DNA of 62,999 nt, the filler included, from Collodictyon triciliatum (Eukaryota), in NCBI GenBank assembly GCA_043381765.1. It is 7 parts of 7 records of this genome, joined end to end, with 100 filler letters (N's around TTAATTAATTAA, not from the genome) between each part and the next. Parts side by side here need not be neighbours in the genome. Positions count along the whole stretch, not along the records: positions 37,833 to 47,177 come from JBHJMP010003056.1; positions 47,278 to 56,623 come from JBHJMP010003057.1; 5 more parts are not named here. One strand, given 5' to 3'. The notes under the pieces are model-generated. The model did not search any database, had not been told where the DNA came from, and saw only the letters and a list, made by a program, of their open reading frames with translations. The translations under genes and the position numbers were made by a program. How positions within the stretch are numbered: the first letter of the stretch is position 1; every line of letters starts with the position of its first letter. Shown here piece by piece: positions 38,068 to 51,089 of the stretch.

Positions 38068-41000
38068 ATGCTTAATAGATACTCGAAGATCTCATCCTGT
38101 ATCGTCATTATTACTGTTTTGATATTCTCGAATATATCTGTCAGCTCATCAGAGAGGTTTGATATGTTTTTTCCCTAGATTTTTTTATTCTTTTTGCTTG
38201 CTATTGATAATGCACCTTTGATCCACAGAAATAGATGTCGTTTTTCCAAGGATACATTACTATCGATGAGAATTGAAGATGCGTTCCAAATTTTAATTAA
38301 TATGTATGAAGATATTTGCCCTTCAATACCCGAGACGCACAGCAATCACAAACAATCGGCATTAATTCGAGCTGATGATATATCAGAGTCAGTTTTCAAC
38401 GCGAATATCATTCAGGAAATGGGCGGAGATAAACATAACTACTCGGAAGAAGTTTATCACTACACAAAAGACTTTTTGGTCCATTCTAATAATGCAGATT
38501 TCAAGACATTAAACGAAAGGAGGCCACTCAAACTAAAAAACAACATCAAAATGTCAACGCAATATAATCTACTCATTCAATTATATGATATTCTTGGTGG
38601 AGACAATTGGATACGTAGAAATGGATGGAAAAGTACAACCACGCAAATTTGTTCTTGGTATGGAATAGAATGCTCAAGAAGTTGCTCAAGTGAGGAGTAT
38701 ACAGTACGTTTTTCTATGCTCTTTTTTGGAAAATTATTACCATTTAAAATCATATGACCTGCTCTCTTTCCTCTATTCGATTCAAAGAAAATCATACTAG
38801 CTACATAAATAATAGGCGAATACATGCCCCATTATTGGAATTTACCTGGCTAGTAATAATGTTATTGGTAATATCGAAGATGCGTCTGTGGTTTTCGAAC
38901 AATTGACTCTGCTAACGAAACTTCAGATCCAGATCAACTCACTTTATGGAAATCTTCCAGATTTTGACCTTCCCAACTTGTCTTTATTGAATCTGAGTAA
39001 TAATAAAATATTTGGGACAATACCAGATTTCAAAAAGATTCCATGCATTCAAAATCTTCGATTTGATATAAATCTACTGGAGGGTACAGTTCCTGATTTT
39101 TCTGGCATTCCCATGGCAACACAAATACGATTGGGAGCAAACAGTAAAATTTCAGGTTTGAATTAGATGCCCACTTATTTCTTTCAAAAAAAATATATTG
39201 TTCTTAATAGAAAGTATTGATGAAATGATAAATGAACCTAGGAACCCTCGCAGATTTTTCAGGAATACCAAATGTTGAACTGCTTTCGATAACTGAAAGC
39301 AATTTAAACGGTTTCTAACTGAATTCGATGTCTTGTTATAAGGATTACTGGTTTAATTCATAATTACTATAGGAACAATCCCGGATTTCCGTAACATCCC
39401 GAAACTCAAAGAATTGTGGCTCAGTAATAACAAAATAAGTGGTGAGTAGTCCTACACAAAAATTGAAAGGAATAATAATAAAAAAAAGTGGCGAGTAGTA
39501 TATATTTATTGATATTCATTTTTTAGAATTCACAATATAAAAAACACGGTTTAGGAGGAATCCCAAACTTCAGATATATAACTCTTGTCAAAAAGATTTC
39601 TGTTACAAATAATCAGCTCAGTGGTAAGTAATTTATGTGAAAATGTCATTCGATTTTCAAAAAATAAAATAAAATAAATTCTCATTGATCCAATTTTAGG
39701 TAGCATTCCAGACTTCAACAATGCATCGTTGATTGAGGCGATTTATTTTGACAACAATAATTTTTTTGGTGTGTTATGACCCATTTCAAAATTATAATAT
39801 AATCAGTTTACATTCAAAGAATACTATACCCAGGTATTGTACCTGATTTCAGTGGAATCCCCTTGATTGGTACTCTCGAAATGTACAACAATCAATTAAC
39901 TGGTGAGCTTGGTATTTATATATTGACTTAGGTATTAAATAAGTAACATAATGTCCAATGCAGGAACGATTCCAGATTTCAAAAACATGTCTAGAGTGCA
40001 AAAAATATCGATATCAAGCAATCTATTAACGGGCAAGTGTGTCACAAAATGTGTCCATATTGCGTGGATCGATCGAAAGTCTTCATTCTAAAAAAAAAAT
40101 TTGATCAAATTGTTAATATAGGGACAATACCAGATTTCAGTAATATTCCTAATGCCGTAGTCATTTATCTTTACAGCAACAGACTTAGTGGTTTGTGATA
40201 TAGTATGTCGAAATGAAAAGTTTACATATCTGAAATCTGTATTATTTCAGGAACAGTTCCATCCTTCAGTGGAATCCCTAAGGTTACCAACATATATGTC
40301 GGTAAAAACTATCTAAAAGGTGATTTTTTACAATTCAAAGTTTAGACAGTTTGATAAAAATTAATTTTAATACATCTTATCTCAGGAACGATACCGGACT
40401 TTGACAAAATCCCCAATCTCAAGAAGATTTCGTTTTCTAGTTGCCTTCTTAGTGGTGAAAAGAGACTTATTTTAATATGTATTTTGTGAAAATATTTACG
40501 CATGCTTTTATATATCAGGAACAATACCAAATTTCAAGAATATCATGAATATAGAGGATTTATACTTTGATGATAATAAATTGAATGGTGAGTTTTATCT
40601 TCTTTCTGTTTTGTTTTGTTTTGTTTTTGTTTTTGTTTGTTTGTTTTTTTTGTTTTTGTTTTTGTTTGTTTGTTTTTTTTGTTTTTGTTTTTGTTTTTGT
40701 TTTTGTTTTTGTTTTTGTTTTTGTTTGTTTGTTTGTTTGTTTGTTTGTTTGTTTGTTTGTTTGTTTGTTTGTTTGTTTGTTTGTTTGTTTGTTTGTTTGT
40801 TTGTTTGTTTTGTTTTGTTTTTATGTAAAAAAAAGCTGTGTTTTATTTCAATTAAAATTAAATGCCGATCAGGAACGATTCCCGAATTTAGTAAAATGCC
40901 GAAAATCAACCTCCTTTATTTTTCTACAAACCTTCTGGAGGGTAAGAGTTGCTCTATCCTGAAAGAATAATGCTTCTTGCACTAATACCGATGAAAAAAC

Positions 41001-44000
41001 AGGAACCATTCCGAATTTCAAAAGCATTCCAAACGTAAAAGAGATAAACTTTATGGGCAACAGACTCAATGGTGAATATTACTTTAAACTGATATAATGG
41101 TGGAGTTTTTTTTTTTTTGTGTGTGCGTGTGTGTGTGTATTATTTTAAATTACTTCAGGAACCTTGGCCGATTTTGAATCAATCCCGCTACTTGTAACAT
41201 TATCTTTGTCAAGCAATCAACTCATTGGTGAGTTTTTCCTCCTAATATTTTGTTCTGGTCTCGTCACACATATATGGCTGATTAATTTACATAACAAGTC
41301 TTTTGATCATCGATATTATTTTTGCTTTATTGTACAGGAACTATTCCAAACTTTTCCTACCTTGGAAAAATGGAATATTTTTCGGTGTATGATAATCGCA
41401 TTGAAGGGACTCTTCCAGCACTGGACAAATGCTACAATTTAAAGGAGCTTGTTCTATTCCGAAACAAATTAACAGGAACTTTTCCATCTTTCAAAATCTC
41501 AAAGCTAACAAAGCTCGATGCAGCTGAAAATCAGATAACTGGCTATTTACCCGTTGATTGGAATATTCCCTCGATACAGTATATCGACTTATCTAGAAAC
41601 AAAATGAGTGGAAATGTTCCATCAAACTTGGAAAACCTTATGCTCCTGAAGACCCTCATATTGTCACATAATCAATTCTTTGGTAGCATGCCAACGAAAT
41701 TTTGGATATTACCGAATCTTTTGTTGGTTGACTTAAGAAATAATAGTTTTTTTGAAGATGTTGGTTTGTTTATCGTTCCTTCTTCAGGAAATTTCGATAA
41801 TTACAGCTATGAAACTCTTCTTCTAGATGACAATAAACTCTATGGAGAATTGAACTGGAGAATTTTCAATTTTGTGGAAAACGTAAAGACGGTGAGCTTG
41901 AAAAACAATAATATTACTGCACTTGGTGATGTGACTAATGTATTAAAATGGACCTCTCTCGGGCTTTCAGGAAACCCAATCATCGGAACTATTCCTGAAT
42001 CATACAGCCAGTTATTAAAATTAGAGCAATTGGAATTGGCAGACACTTTTATGAATCGCGGAACTGCAAATTTCCTGCCTAATTTTATGACATACTCAAC
42101 GCCATACAATTTGAAGGATGAATCAAAGCTTTTTATATGCCCTTCCGTTTTTGCAAAGTTTGGCTTGATTGAATTAAATGTAGATTTGAATCCGACATAT
42201 TATGATTATGAGTTTTGCAAGTGCTTGCCTGGATATTTTGGATTTGGAGATAACTGTGTGCAGTGCCCTCGTGAATGCGAATGTCTCGATGGGACTCTAC
42301 TGAGCCACTGCCATGCTTCACCTACCATAGCTGGAGTGAAGTCAATCATCCAATGTCCACGACCAGAATCTTGCAAAACCGTGATTCCTCTTAAAAACTC
42401 GAAAACAAACGTGACGGTCGAGATATCTCAATTATGCGAGGAAGGATATGAAGGTCATGCCTGCTCAAAATGTCAATTTGGATACGGAAATCAAGGAAGG
42501 TCTTGTGTTAAATGCGACGAAGGAACGATTTATTCAACCTTGATTCTCAGTTCAACGGCTTTTTGTGTCTTTATAGCCTATCTTTACTTTTCGGAAACAT
42601 CAAAATCAGGTAATTAACAAAAAAAAAAAAAAAAAAAGGTTTGCCTAACTTTTGCTCTACGCTTAAGTAATTTTTTTAACATTTTTTTTTTTTTTTGCCG
42701 ATAGCTAAGCTCAGAATTACCATGTTCCACATGCAAACCCTATCGATCATATCCTCTGGAATCATTCAATCTGAAGATGCTGGCAGCTTTATCGAGTTTT
42801 CTTCGTCGATCGGTTCAATCCAATTTCCCAATGTGTCGTGTGTGCTTGGAATGGATGATCTTTTTGATTCGATGTTGTATAGTTTTTTGAGAATTCCTTG
42901 TTTTATTATTTTGGGAGTGGCGACATACTATTTCGGCCGTGGGCACTCTCGCAACAAGGTAATTTTCGGTAATTAATGCTGAATTGGCGATTAATTAGAG
43001 CTCTTAATGATACCCTTTCTCTTCTCTTCTCTTAGGCCATTTTTATTACATTGAATCTCTTGTTTTTCATCTACTATTCGGTTGCAAGAGAAGTCTTTGG
43101 GGTCTTGGGATGCACTGTTTACGATTATGGTGAGTATGCGTGGTACCTCAACTACGCCCCCTGGGTTAAGTGCAGTCCAGCATCGGATGAATATCATAGA
43201 CTCCTCGGAATATCCATTCCTATCTTTTTTCTTTTCATGATTGGCTTACCAGCATTTTTGTGGTGGAGGGTCAACATCATGTTTAAAAAGTCTGGTTATG
43301 AGCCGGAGGCCCGATATGGATTCCTATACTTGCCTTACAAGGAGGTCAGTATCTTTCTCTTAATCAATTGCTTCCTTTCCCCAAAACATTGGTTGTTGCC
43401 TTTCATATTTCCATAGCTATTGGTCAGTTTTTTATATTTCATTTTTGTCTTTTCGTACACATGAAAACATTTCTCATGTATGTCTGCACATGACGTCCAC
43501 TCATATTTTTTTATTTGTTCTGTAGAGCTTCAGGCATTGGGAATTTGTAATCATACTGAGGCGTCTTGCGTTTTCTTTCATTATCAGCGTGATTCCTTAT
43601 ACAAGCCCATCCGTTTTCTTTTTATCTCTTGTCGTAGTTATCCAGGTTGGTATTTCACGGTGGCAATTATTTTTTATATAAAAAAGTTGTTGGACTTGAA
43701 TCATAACCATTGTTTTATTTTAACAGAATGTTTAAATAATTGTAATGAATTCTTTTGTCGTACATAGGGCTCGATTTGGATGCAGAAAGAGTACAAGCCA
43801 TACAACACAAAGATTGAAAATCAAATGGAATTATCCAGCTTGTATGTCATTTTCGTTTCCTTTTTCTTGGCGCTTCTGTCTAGCTTTCTTGGGTCGCAGG
43901 GATGGATCACAGTGTTATTGATTGGGACGAATTCATTATGGCTGATGTACTTTATCAGCATCGCATTCTTGATTCCTATGTTTCAAAGTAACACAGTAAA

Positions 44001-44067
44001 AAGGAAGCTACATGAAATGAAGAGGCTGGCCCGAAGGAATCCTCCTTTCGACATATCCTCCAAATAA
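38068..44067 (+). CDS. LRR / Cys-rich / multi-pass TM receptor-like protein, paralogue A (~21 exons; 13 single-LRR exons)
   Basis: Signal peptide MLNRYSKISSCIVIITVLIFSNISVSS. LRR N-cap LLIQLYDILGGDNW...GW...ICSWYGIEC. Plant-RLK-type LRRs LxxNxLxGxIP. CEEGYEGHACSKC. TM region with YGFLYLPYK|ESFRHWEFVIILRR and KPY...NQME. Splice phases consistent where checked. Confidence 0.9.
40607..40820. repeat. (GTTTTT)n/(GTTT)n intronic microsatellite
   Basis: Directly visible between two LRR exons. Confidence 0.95.
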
Positions 44068-44639
44068 ACAATATTATTAATAATTTCAATTACATCACAA
44101 AACTAAGCCAGACTAGCGATGGAGAAAACTCGAGTTGCGCCGCTTGATTTAACCTTTGGCTGCAGCTGATGGGCGGATTGGATTCTGAAAAAAAGAAATA
44201 AATAAAAAAACCAACTCCATCCTGTCGCTGCTTTTGTAATGGGATTTAAGTAAATTACAGCACACATTCAAATTAGCAATAGTCACCCCTTTTTCTTTTT
44301 TCTTTCTTTCACTTTCATTCACTTTCACTTTCTTTCACTTTCATTCACTTTCATTCACTTTCTTTCACTTTCTTCCTCTTTCTTTCTCTTTTTTGACTTG
44401 TTGTGTAGTATTGCCATAATTCCTTATTGTGTTTAATCCCAAAGCTTCCGCAGTTCACAGCGAGAAAGTTTCCTGTGCGTTGTGTCGATCCACGGGCAAA
44501 GAAGCCTATTCTCACGAGTAAATCGTCACACAGCAGGGCAGACAAAGCAAGAGAGATCCACCAAAACCATAGCCGCAGCCTTTGCCAGCGCCACGGTTTC
44601 GTCTATATGGTTCGCAGCACTTGTTCTAATATTGTTTTG

Positions 44640-44640
<1 letters not shown>

Positions 44641-44732
<92 letters not shown>
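44641..44732. repeat. Poly-T tract
   Basis: About 90 T. A similar tract lies at 16653-16728. Confidence 0.9.
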
Positions 44733-44736
<4 letters not shown>

Positions 44737-45058
44737 TTTTTTGCTTTTTTTTTACTTATATGCTTTATTCTTTTTTTTTTTTACTCCGATTTACTTCAAT
44801 TTATTTTATATAATTTTTTTTATATAATTCAGTCTACTTTAACCCAGCCTACTCCATTTTACCTTATAATATCTTATTCGTGCATCCTACGAAACTTCTT
44901 GTTTGGAAGTGAACAAAATGAACATGTTGTACCCACACCCACACCCACACCCACACACATAACACATGTGTGCAACCAGATATTCACCCAAAGTCACACA
45001 CCCCCTGAACCACCAGAAAGAGAATCCGAAAGGATTGGCAGCGTCGCAAAACTCACAC

Positions 45059-46297
45059 ATGGCTCGATGTATGACTGCATTTATTGTACTGTGTTTGATT
45101 TGGGCGCTCAATCGCAGTGCACACGAATCAAGGTTGCCCGTCTCACCATCACAGGAATGCCACTTTGGCCAACTTATTCAACCACAGGAAAGCAGAGACC
45201 AGAAGAAGGATTCGATACACAGCCCCAACGCTAAAGAAAATAGCCAGATAAGCACACATCTTTTCCTTCACCATTTGCTTTGCCCAGATGGGCCGTGCAG
45301 CTCTGTCAAACTGACCAGTCTTGGGATTCAGCCACCCCTCTCGGCCCTGTTCCATTATCACCTTTTCCTCCACATCCCAAAGACTGGAGGCGCTTCGGTC
45401 AGGGAGTTTTTTCGGGTGAGCCGAAAAGAAAAAGAAAAAAATCAGGGGAAAAAATGAACAAATTGGATTATCATGATTAATCAACCCCCTTTTTTCCCCC
45501 ATTCGCCAATCATTCCCATCCACCTTTGAACTAACCATACGCCTTTGTTCTTTTACTCACAGGGTATCTGTGCATACCACAATATAACCACAGGTGTGAC
45601 ACTGAACGCTAGCCGCAAACTTGCTGTTCCTTTTTTCCGCACACCCCGACGAGTTAAAATAAGAGCTCTATTTGGCCATTATGGCTATGGGATGCACAGA
45701 ATACTTGGCCCACAGTCAATATACACATACTATGCAAGCTTCCGCGACCCGGTTGAGAGATGGATGTCTCACTTTGTATGGGCCAAGAAAAGAAGGTACG
45801 CATACATGAAGCCGCACAACCTCACGAGTTGGGTTGATGTTGGTTACGACTGCAATCTGCAATTCGCCGTCCTTTCTGGGTTGGTGCCAAACGACTTTAG
45901 TCTGCAGAACAAGATTCACACAAGTTGGCCGATACCGTGCGACCACTATGACCAGCACCATCTGGACCTGGCCCACAGAATAATGCAGACCATCGATTCT
46001 GAGTTCCAGTTAGTTGTGCTGCAAAGCCATTTCAAGCAATCTTTGGTTTTGTTGTGCGAACACTTTGGAGTGCCGGACGATATCTGCGTCAAGATAATGG
46101 AGAAGAACAACGACCAAATACACATCACAAACAGCTCGAATCGCTTGCGCGAATTGAACAGCAGACAGCTTGCTTCTGTGAAGAAGCAAAACTTTTTAGA
46201 CAATCTGATATACGAGCACCTACAGAGGCGGTTTCAGGAGAAATGGCAGGCATACAAATCCCGCCACCCGGGCTCTGGTTTTTCCAAGTTGGAGTGA
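45059..46297 (+). CDS. Golgi-type carbohydrate sulfotransferase (Sulfotransfer_2-like), 2 exons
   Basis: N-terminal anchor MARCMTAFIVLCLIWAL. 5'-PSB FLHIPKTGGAS and 3'-PB FRDPVERWMSHF. C-terminal NFLDNLIY. Intron 45416..45562 (GTGAGC...CACAG). Confidence 0.85.
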
Positions 46298-46478
46298 GCA
46301 CGAAAAGACAAAGCCTGTCTGTGCGAAGCAATCTCCGGCAAAACAGTGGCTGAACGAACAGTTTGTGCCGATTTATAAAAATGCATACTAATGGAATAAT
46401 CACGCTGCCGCGTCCACACAGAGCCGAAAAAGAACGCCTACGAAAGGCAATAAGATTGGAAAAGCAAAAATATCATAT

Positions 46479-46551
46479 CGCCCGGTGTGGGGGTCGAACC
46501 CACGACATTCAGGTTAAAAGCCTGACGCTCTACCGACTGAGCTAACCGGGC
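46479..46551 (-). tRNA. trnK-UUU: tRNA-Lys (anticodon UUU), intronless
   Basis: GCCCGGTTAGCTCAGTCGGTAGAGCGTCAGGC-T-TTT-AA-CCTGAATGTCGTGGGTTCGACCCCCACACCGGGCG folds as a full cloverleaf. A T5 Pol III terminator lies about 10 nt downstream. Confidence 0.97.
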
Positions 46552-46940
46552 TCCGTTGGGTTAGAAAAGTTGGAGAATAGCATATCAAATAATGTAAGTG
46601 AAGTTTCTTTCCTCGATTCTTCCTTGAAATTGTCCTGTTTCTTGCAGTGCGATGAAGCTTTACTAAAAACTATATATATGTATAAATAATATATAATTTA
46701 ATTCATATATGTATCTATTTTTGTCATATCTATTCAATAGACTATTTTTCCACATTTAGTGAACAGGTGTGCGCGTCATTTTGCGATCTTCGATCGGAAT
46801 CAGAGATCTCTGTTGCTTGTCGCGCGTTGTGATCGGCAAGTGAGAAGTATATCAAGCTTATTCCACGCGCTGGAAACTCTCGCAAGAAGGTCAGAACACG
46901 CAGCGTTGAAAGCTGCGTGCAGTTGATCACACCACCGCCA

Positions 46941-47015
46941 ATGTCTCACCGAATACATGTAGTGTTTGCGTCTCAGTTCCCGGAGGCTGCGATGGCACTG
47001 CGTTCAGCTCTTCAG
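46941..47015 (+). CDS. Possible first exon of a gene truncated by contig end
   Basis: ccgccaATG context, MSHRIHVVFASQFPEAAMALRSALQ, then CAG|GTTTGG donor. No homology recognised. Confidence 0.3.
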
Positions 47016-47177
47016 GTTTGGCGAGGCAAAAACAAATGCCCCCTTTTTTATTTTTCTTTTCATTTTGCTTTTTCACATTTGTGCGTGGACACACTTCTTG
47101 AATGCTAGAGAATAATATTTTTATGCTTCCTTTGAAATGAAAGAAAACCAAGAGACCACCCCAAACCCCCCCCCCCC

Positions 47178-47277
47178 NNNNNNNNNNNNNNNNNNNNNNN
47201 NNNNNNNNNNNNNNNNNNNNNTTAATTAATTAANNNNNNNNNNNNNNNNNNNNNNNNNNNNNNNNNNNNNNNNNNNN
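47178..47277. other. Artificial contig linker
   Basis: 44N + TTAATTAATTAA + 44N. Confidence 0.97.
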
Positions 47278-47480
47278 AGAGAAAAAAAGAGAAAAAAAGA
47301 GAAAAAAAAGAGAAAAAAAAGAGAAAAAAAAGAGAAAAAAAGAGAAAAAAAGAGAAAAAAAGAGAAAAAAAGAGAAAAAAGAGAAAAAAGAGAAAAAAAG
47401 AAAAAAAGAAAAAGAAAAAGAGAAAAAGAGAAAAAGAGAAAAAGAAAAAGAAAAAAAGAGAAAAAGAGAAAAAGAAAAAA
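47278..47480. repeat. Purine-rich (GAGAAAAAA)n repeat at contig start
   Basis: Directly visible. Confidence 0.9.
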
Positions 47481-47491
47481 GATATCAATAC

Positions 47492-48940
47492 CTTCAGATA
47501 AATTGCTATCAGCGCCATAAGATTTAGAGAGATTTTGCTCCCCGTCTTCTCCATAAGACCTGCTCCACTTTAGAAATAGGATTGATTGATTGATTGATTG
47601 ATTGCCGTTTTTATGTCTAATATGACCAAATATGAGTTCTTTTCATTTTCAGAAAAAAAAGGCTGAAGTAATCACCACTAAAAAGAAAAAAACTGCAGCA
47701 ACAGATAAGTCGGTTTCTGCCGATACTGACATCAGGTATGTTATTGAAAAACCTTGTTCCGTCTTGGCAAAAAGTCATCCCTATCATCCCCTACATAGGA
47801 TCCTATATCTTCTCCAAATGTCATTGCTATAATGCTAGAACTTGACCTAGTCCCCCTGTTCTCATTATAATAAAAAAATACTTGATTGGTAGATGCAGAT
47901 AATTAATTCATGCAAAATTTGAAGTTATATTTAAGTACTGACAAGAATTCATCAGTTGATATGTCAAGGTTGAGATTAACCTCCTTAGATAATACGCGCT
48001 TGAATCCAAACTGCTCATGGACTCAGAATCAGAGTCAGATTCATCAGAAGAGTCAGAATCGTAGTTGCTCGCTTTATCTTTCTTGGGCTTCAAAGCCTAA
48101 ATTTGGTGACATTAGTTGATTATAATGATAAATAAAACAAAACAAAACGCGAATACTTCTTCTTTCGACCCATAAGATGAAAGGATATCAACAAGTGACT
48201 CAAGTTTTGCGCTGCTTTCTGTTTGCTCCGCTTTTGCTAAAAATACCAGAATGAATAAAGTTTATCTCCTAATCCTCTGAGATAAAGCATGTTTGGAAAT
48301 AATTTATGGCTTAAAAGAGAGGGGATTGTATAGTTGATACTTTTCTAAATAAAAAGGAAACGCTACACTCTTCAATGGAAAGTTGGGTTGTTTCGTACGA
48401 AGACAATATGTCTTCAAGAAATTTTGTATGATTCTCTTCGCATTTCTGTCAATTCATCAACGCGACATTGGAATTTAGTAAGGCATATGAAACGGAAAGT
48501 GATCTGAATTCTAAACAAGGAAGCAGGCCGCAGCTATCGGTTATAATCAAAATCTTGAAAAACCTCTGTTGTTTCAGTTTGAGACTCGAGAATCATATCC
48601 AATAGTGAAACTTCTTCGTGACCAGAGGGAATGTAGAGGTCCTAGAACAATAATAAAGATGAATACCTCAGGAGTCGATAAATAATACTTCCATCAAAAT
48701 ACAGCCTTTAGATCTCTGTAATAAGTAAATGACACAAACACATCCAGTATCTGTTCTTATTCACCATCCAATCAGTAGGGTAGATTTATTAAATATATAA
48801 TAAAAATAGAAATAAAAATAAAAATAAAAATAAAAATAAAAATAATAATAATAATAATCAAATGCAGGACAAACGTCAGGAAGCTCCTCATCATCTTCGC
48901 CCGTCACGTATTGCTGAAGAATTTCATCCAGGCTAGGCAT
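47492..48940 (-). CDS. 5' part of a multi-exon hypothetical protein with acidic N-terminus (weakly reminiscent of Vps8 N-termini)
   Basis: Short exon-like blocks MPSLDEILQQYVTGEDDEELPD, DLYIPSGHEEVSLLDMILESQ, FLEDILSSYE and YDSDSSDESDSDSES bounded by GT/AG. Runs off the contig. Identity is not established. Confidence 0.45.
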
Positions 48941-49404
48941 CGGACGAGGACTCAAACTGACCAGATAATGAAGCTTGATTACTTTTCAGAAAGAGAAGGA
49001 TTTCGATGTGAAATGGAAATAAAAATAGAAAAGAGATACAAGCGAAGAAAAAAGTGAAGAAAAAAGTAGTTAAATATTAATTAAAAACCAATCATTTCTG
49101 GCTACCTGACAATGCTAGCAGACGGGCGTCGGGCGCGATGGACAGAAAAGGAACGACATCGATTTGCATCAGATCTGGGGGTCCCTGTCCCACTACCCGC
49201 ACTAAATCAATTTGTATTATTCTTCATAACATTTAACAAAATTTGACAGCTTCGATTTAATAGCAAGAGGCATACGAGGTATATTTCACTTGTGCGTTGT
49301 AAAGGAAGAAAGAAAGAAAACAAGAACAACAATAATGACGATAATAGTTGAGGCACAAAACCAGATAGATATCAGTTAAGTTCAATGTCAGTCATACTCA
49401 GTCA

Positions 49405-50284
49405 GTTTAGTTGACGGAAGTATAAGTGGTTCAGGTGGAAATTTCCCAAAAGAATCAGAATCCATCATCAGTGGCATAGAATCGGATGAGATGGGCTTCA
49501 TTCACATTAAGGGGACAAGTGAGCGAAACAAGAAAAGGAAGGATTGAAGAGCAAGCATATAGATATTTGTCGAACATTTTGCATCCATCCAATTATGTTA
49601 TGAAAATAGAAATCATATCATCGACCCACGATGCCCAGAATTGTGTTGAGTTTGTCCATGATTCGGTTGGTGATTTCCTTTGCAGAGCCAACAGCTTTTG
49701 AAAATTCAGTTTCGCTTGCTATCGACGAAGCGGATACCATTCTAAAAGGCGGATGTTTTTTTTTTTTAAAAAAAATGTATATCTTTGGAATTGTGGGGTT
49801 CGGTCGGGCTGGTGTTTTGTATAAGGTCATTGTTTAGGCGGGTTGAATCGCATATGATTGATTGTGGCCTTCTTACTTCAACTTAGTTATCTGATCGGTC
49901 GCCAGAGATATGATTGTTTGCGCCTCATTCAGCGATATTTGCTGCAAATCAACATGAATATCTGATTCTTCATCAATTGAGCCGATGCATTTTAAATTTG
50001 TCACCTGAACAGCGCCATGTAAAGCATATTTATGGTTTCTAGTTGGAAGCTCTGGGCATGGGAAAACACTAATATATCAAATTACATGATTCCTCATGGA
50101 TAAGCCCTGATAATCACGATACAAAGTAGCGTTATAACGAAAGACAAGTAAACCCACCAGTTTCTGAAGGGATGAGAGCAAAGGCTTCACTGTGGACAGA
50201 GGCGGGTTTCCTGGCCCGTGGCGAAGGATATCCAGGTACTGAGAGTGTATATCGCGCTGGCCTTCGAGTGCCTCGGTGGCGTTT
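49405..50284 (-). CDS. Multi-exon hypothetical helical protein, 5' part in or beyond the N gap
   Basis: Exon-like blocks ALEGQRDIHSQYLDILRHG..LLSSLQKL|VTNLKCIGSIDEESDIHVDLQQISLNEAQ..|MVSASSIASETEFSKAV.. with GT/AG borders. Confidence 0.4.
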
Positions 50285-50696
50285 NNNNNNNNNNNNNNNN
50301 NNNNNNNNNNNNNNNNNNNNNNNNNNNNNNNNNNNNNNNNNNNNNNNNNNNNNNNNNNNNNNNNNNNNNNNNNNNNNNNNNNNNNNNNNNNNNNNNNNNN
50401 NNNNNNNNNNNNNNNNNNNNNNNNNNNNNNNNNNNNNNNNNNNNNNNNNNNNNNNNNNNNNNNNNNNNNNNNNNNNNNNNNNNNNNNNNNNNNNNNNNNN
50501 NNNNNNNNNNNNNNNNNNNNNNNNNNNNNNNNNNNNNNNNNNNNNNNNNNNNNNNNNNNNNNNNNNNNNNNNNNNNNNNNNNNNNNNNNNNNNNNNNNNN
50601 NNNNNNNNNNNNNNNNNNNNNNNNNNNNNNNNNNNNNNNNNNNNNNNNNNNNNNNNNNNNNNNNNNNNNNNNNNNNNNNNNNNNNNNNNNNNNNNN
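50285..50696. other. Sized scaffold gap (~412 N, no stop linker)
   Basis: N run lacking TTAATTAATTAA, followed by (GTTT)n. Confidence 0.9.
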
Positions 50697-51089
50697 GTTT
50701 TTTTGTTTGTTTGTTTGTTTGTTTGTTTGTTTGTTTGTTTGTTTGTTTGTTTGTTTGTTTGTTTGTTTGTTTGTTTGTTTGTTTGTTTTTTCTAGCCCAT
50801 TTTCGATTCTAACTCACTTGCGATGCGCCACGGAATCAACGGCGCGCTCGTAGGCAAAAGCCCACCACAGCAAACCGAGTCACGCTTTCAATTGGTCGTG
50901 CGGCCGCGAGTGAATTCAAATTTCCTATCTCGGCTCCTTTTACAAACATTCACTGCATTTCCTCCATTATGGAAAAGATCATCTGTGCCCTATTTGGGAT
51001 GTTCGGATTTGGAGGAGGGTGCTGCCTGCGCGTGTTTATCTGCTTGTCGGCTTTGAACCCAGCAGAGTCCCAAGAGCCTCGCTGTGGGC

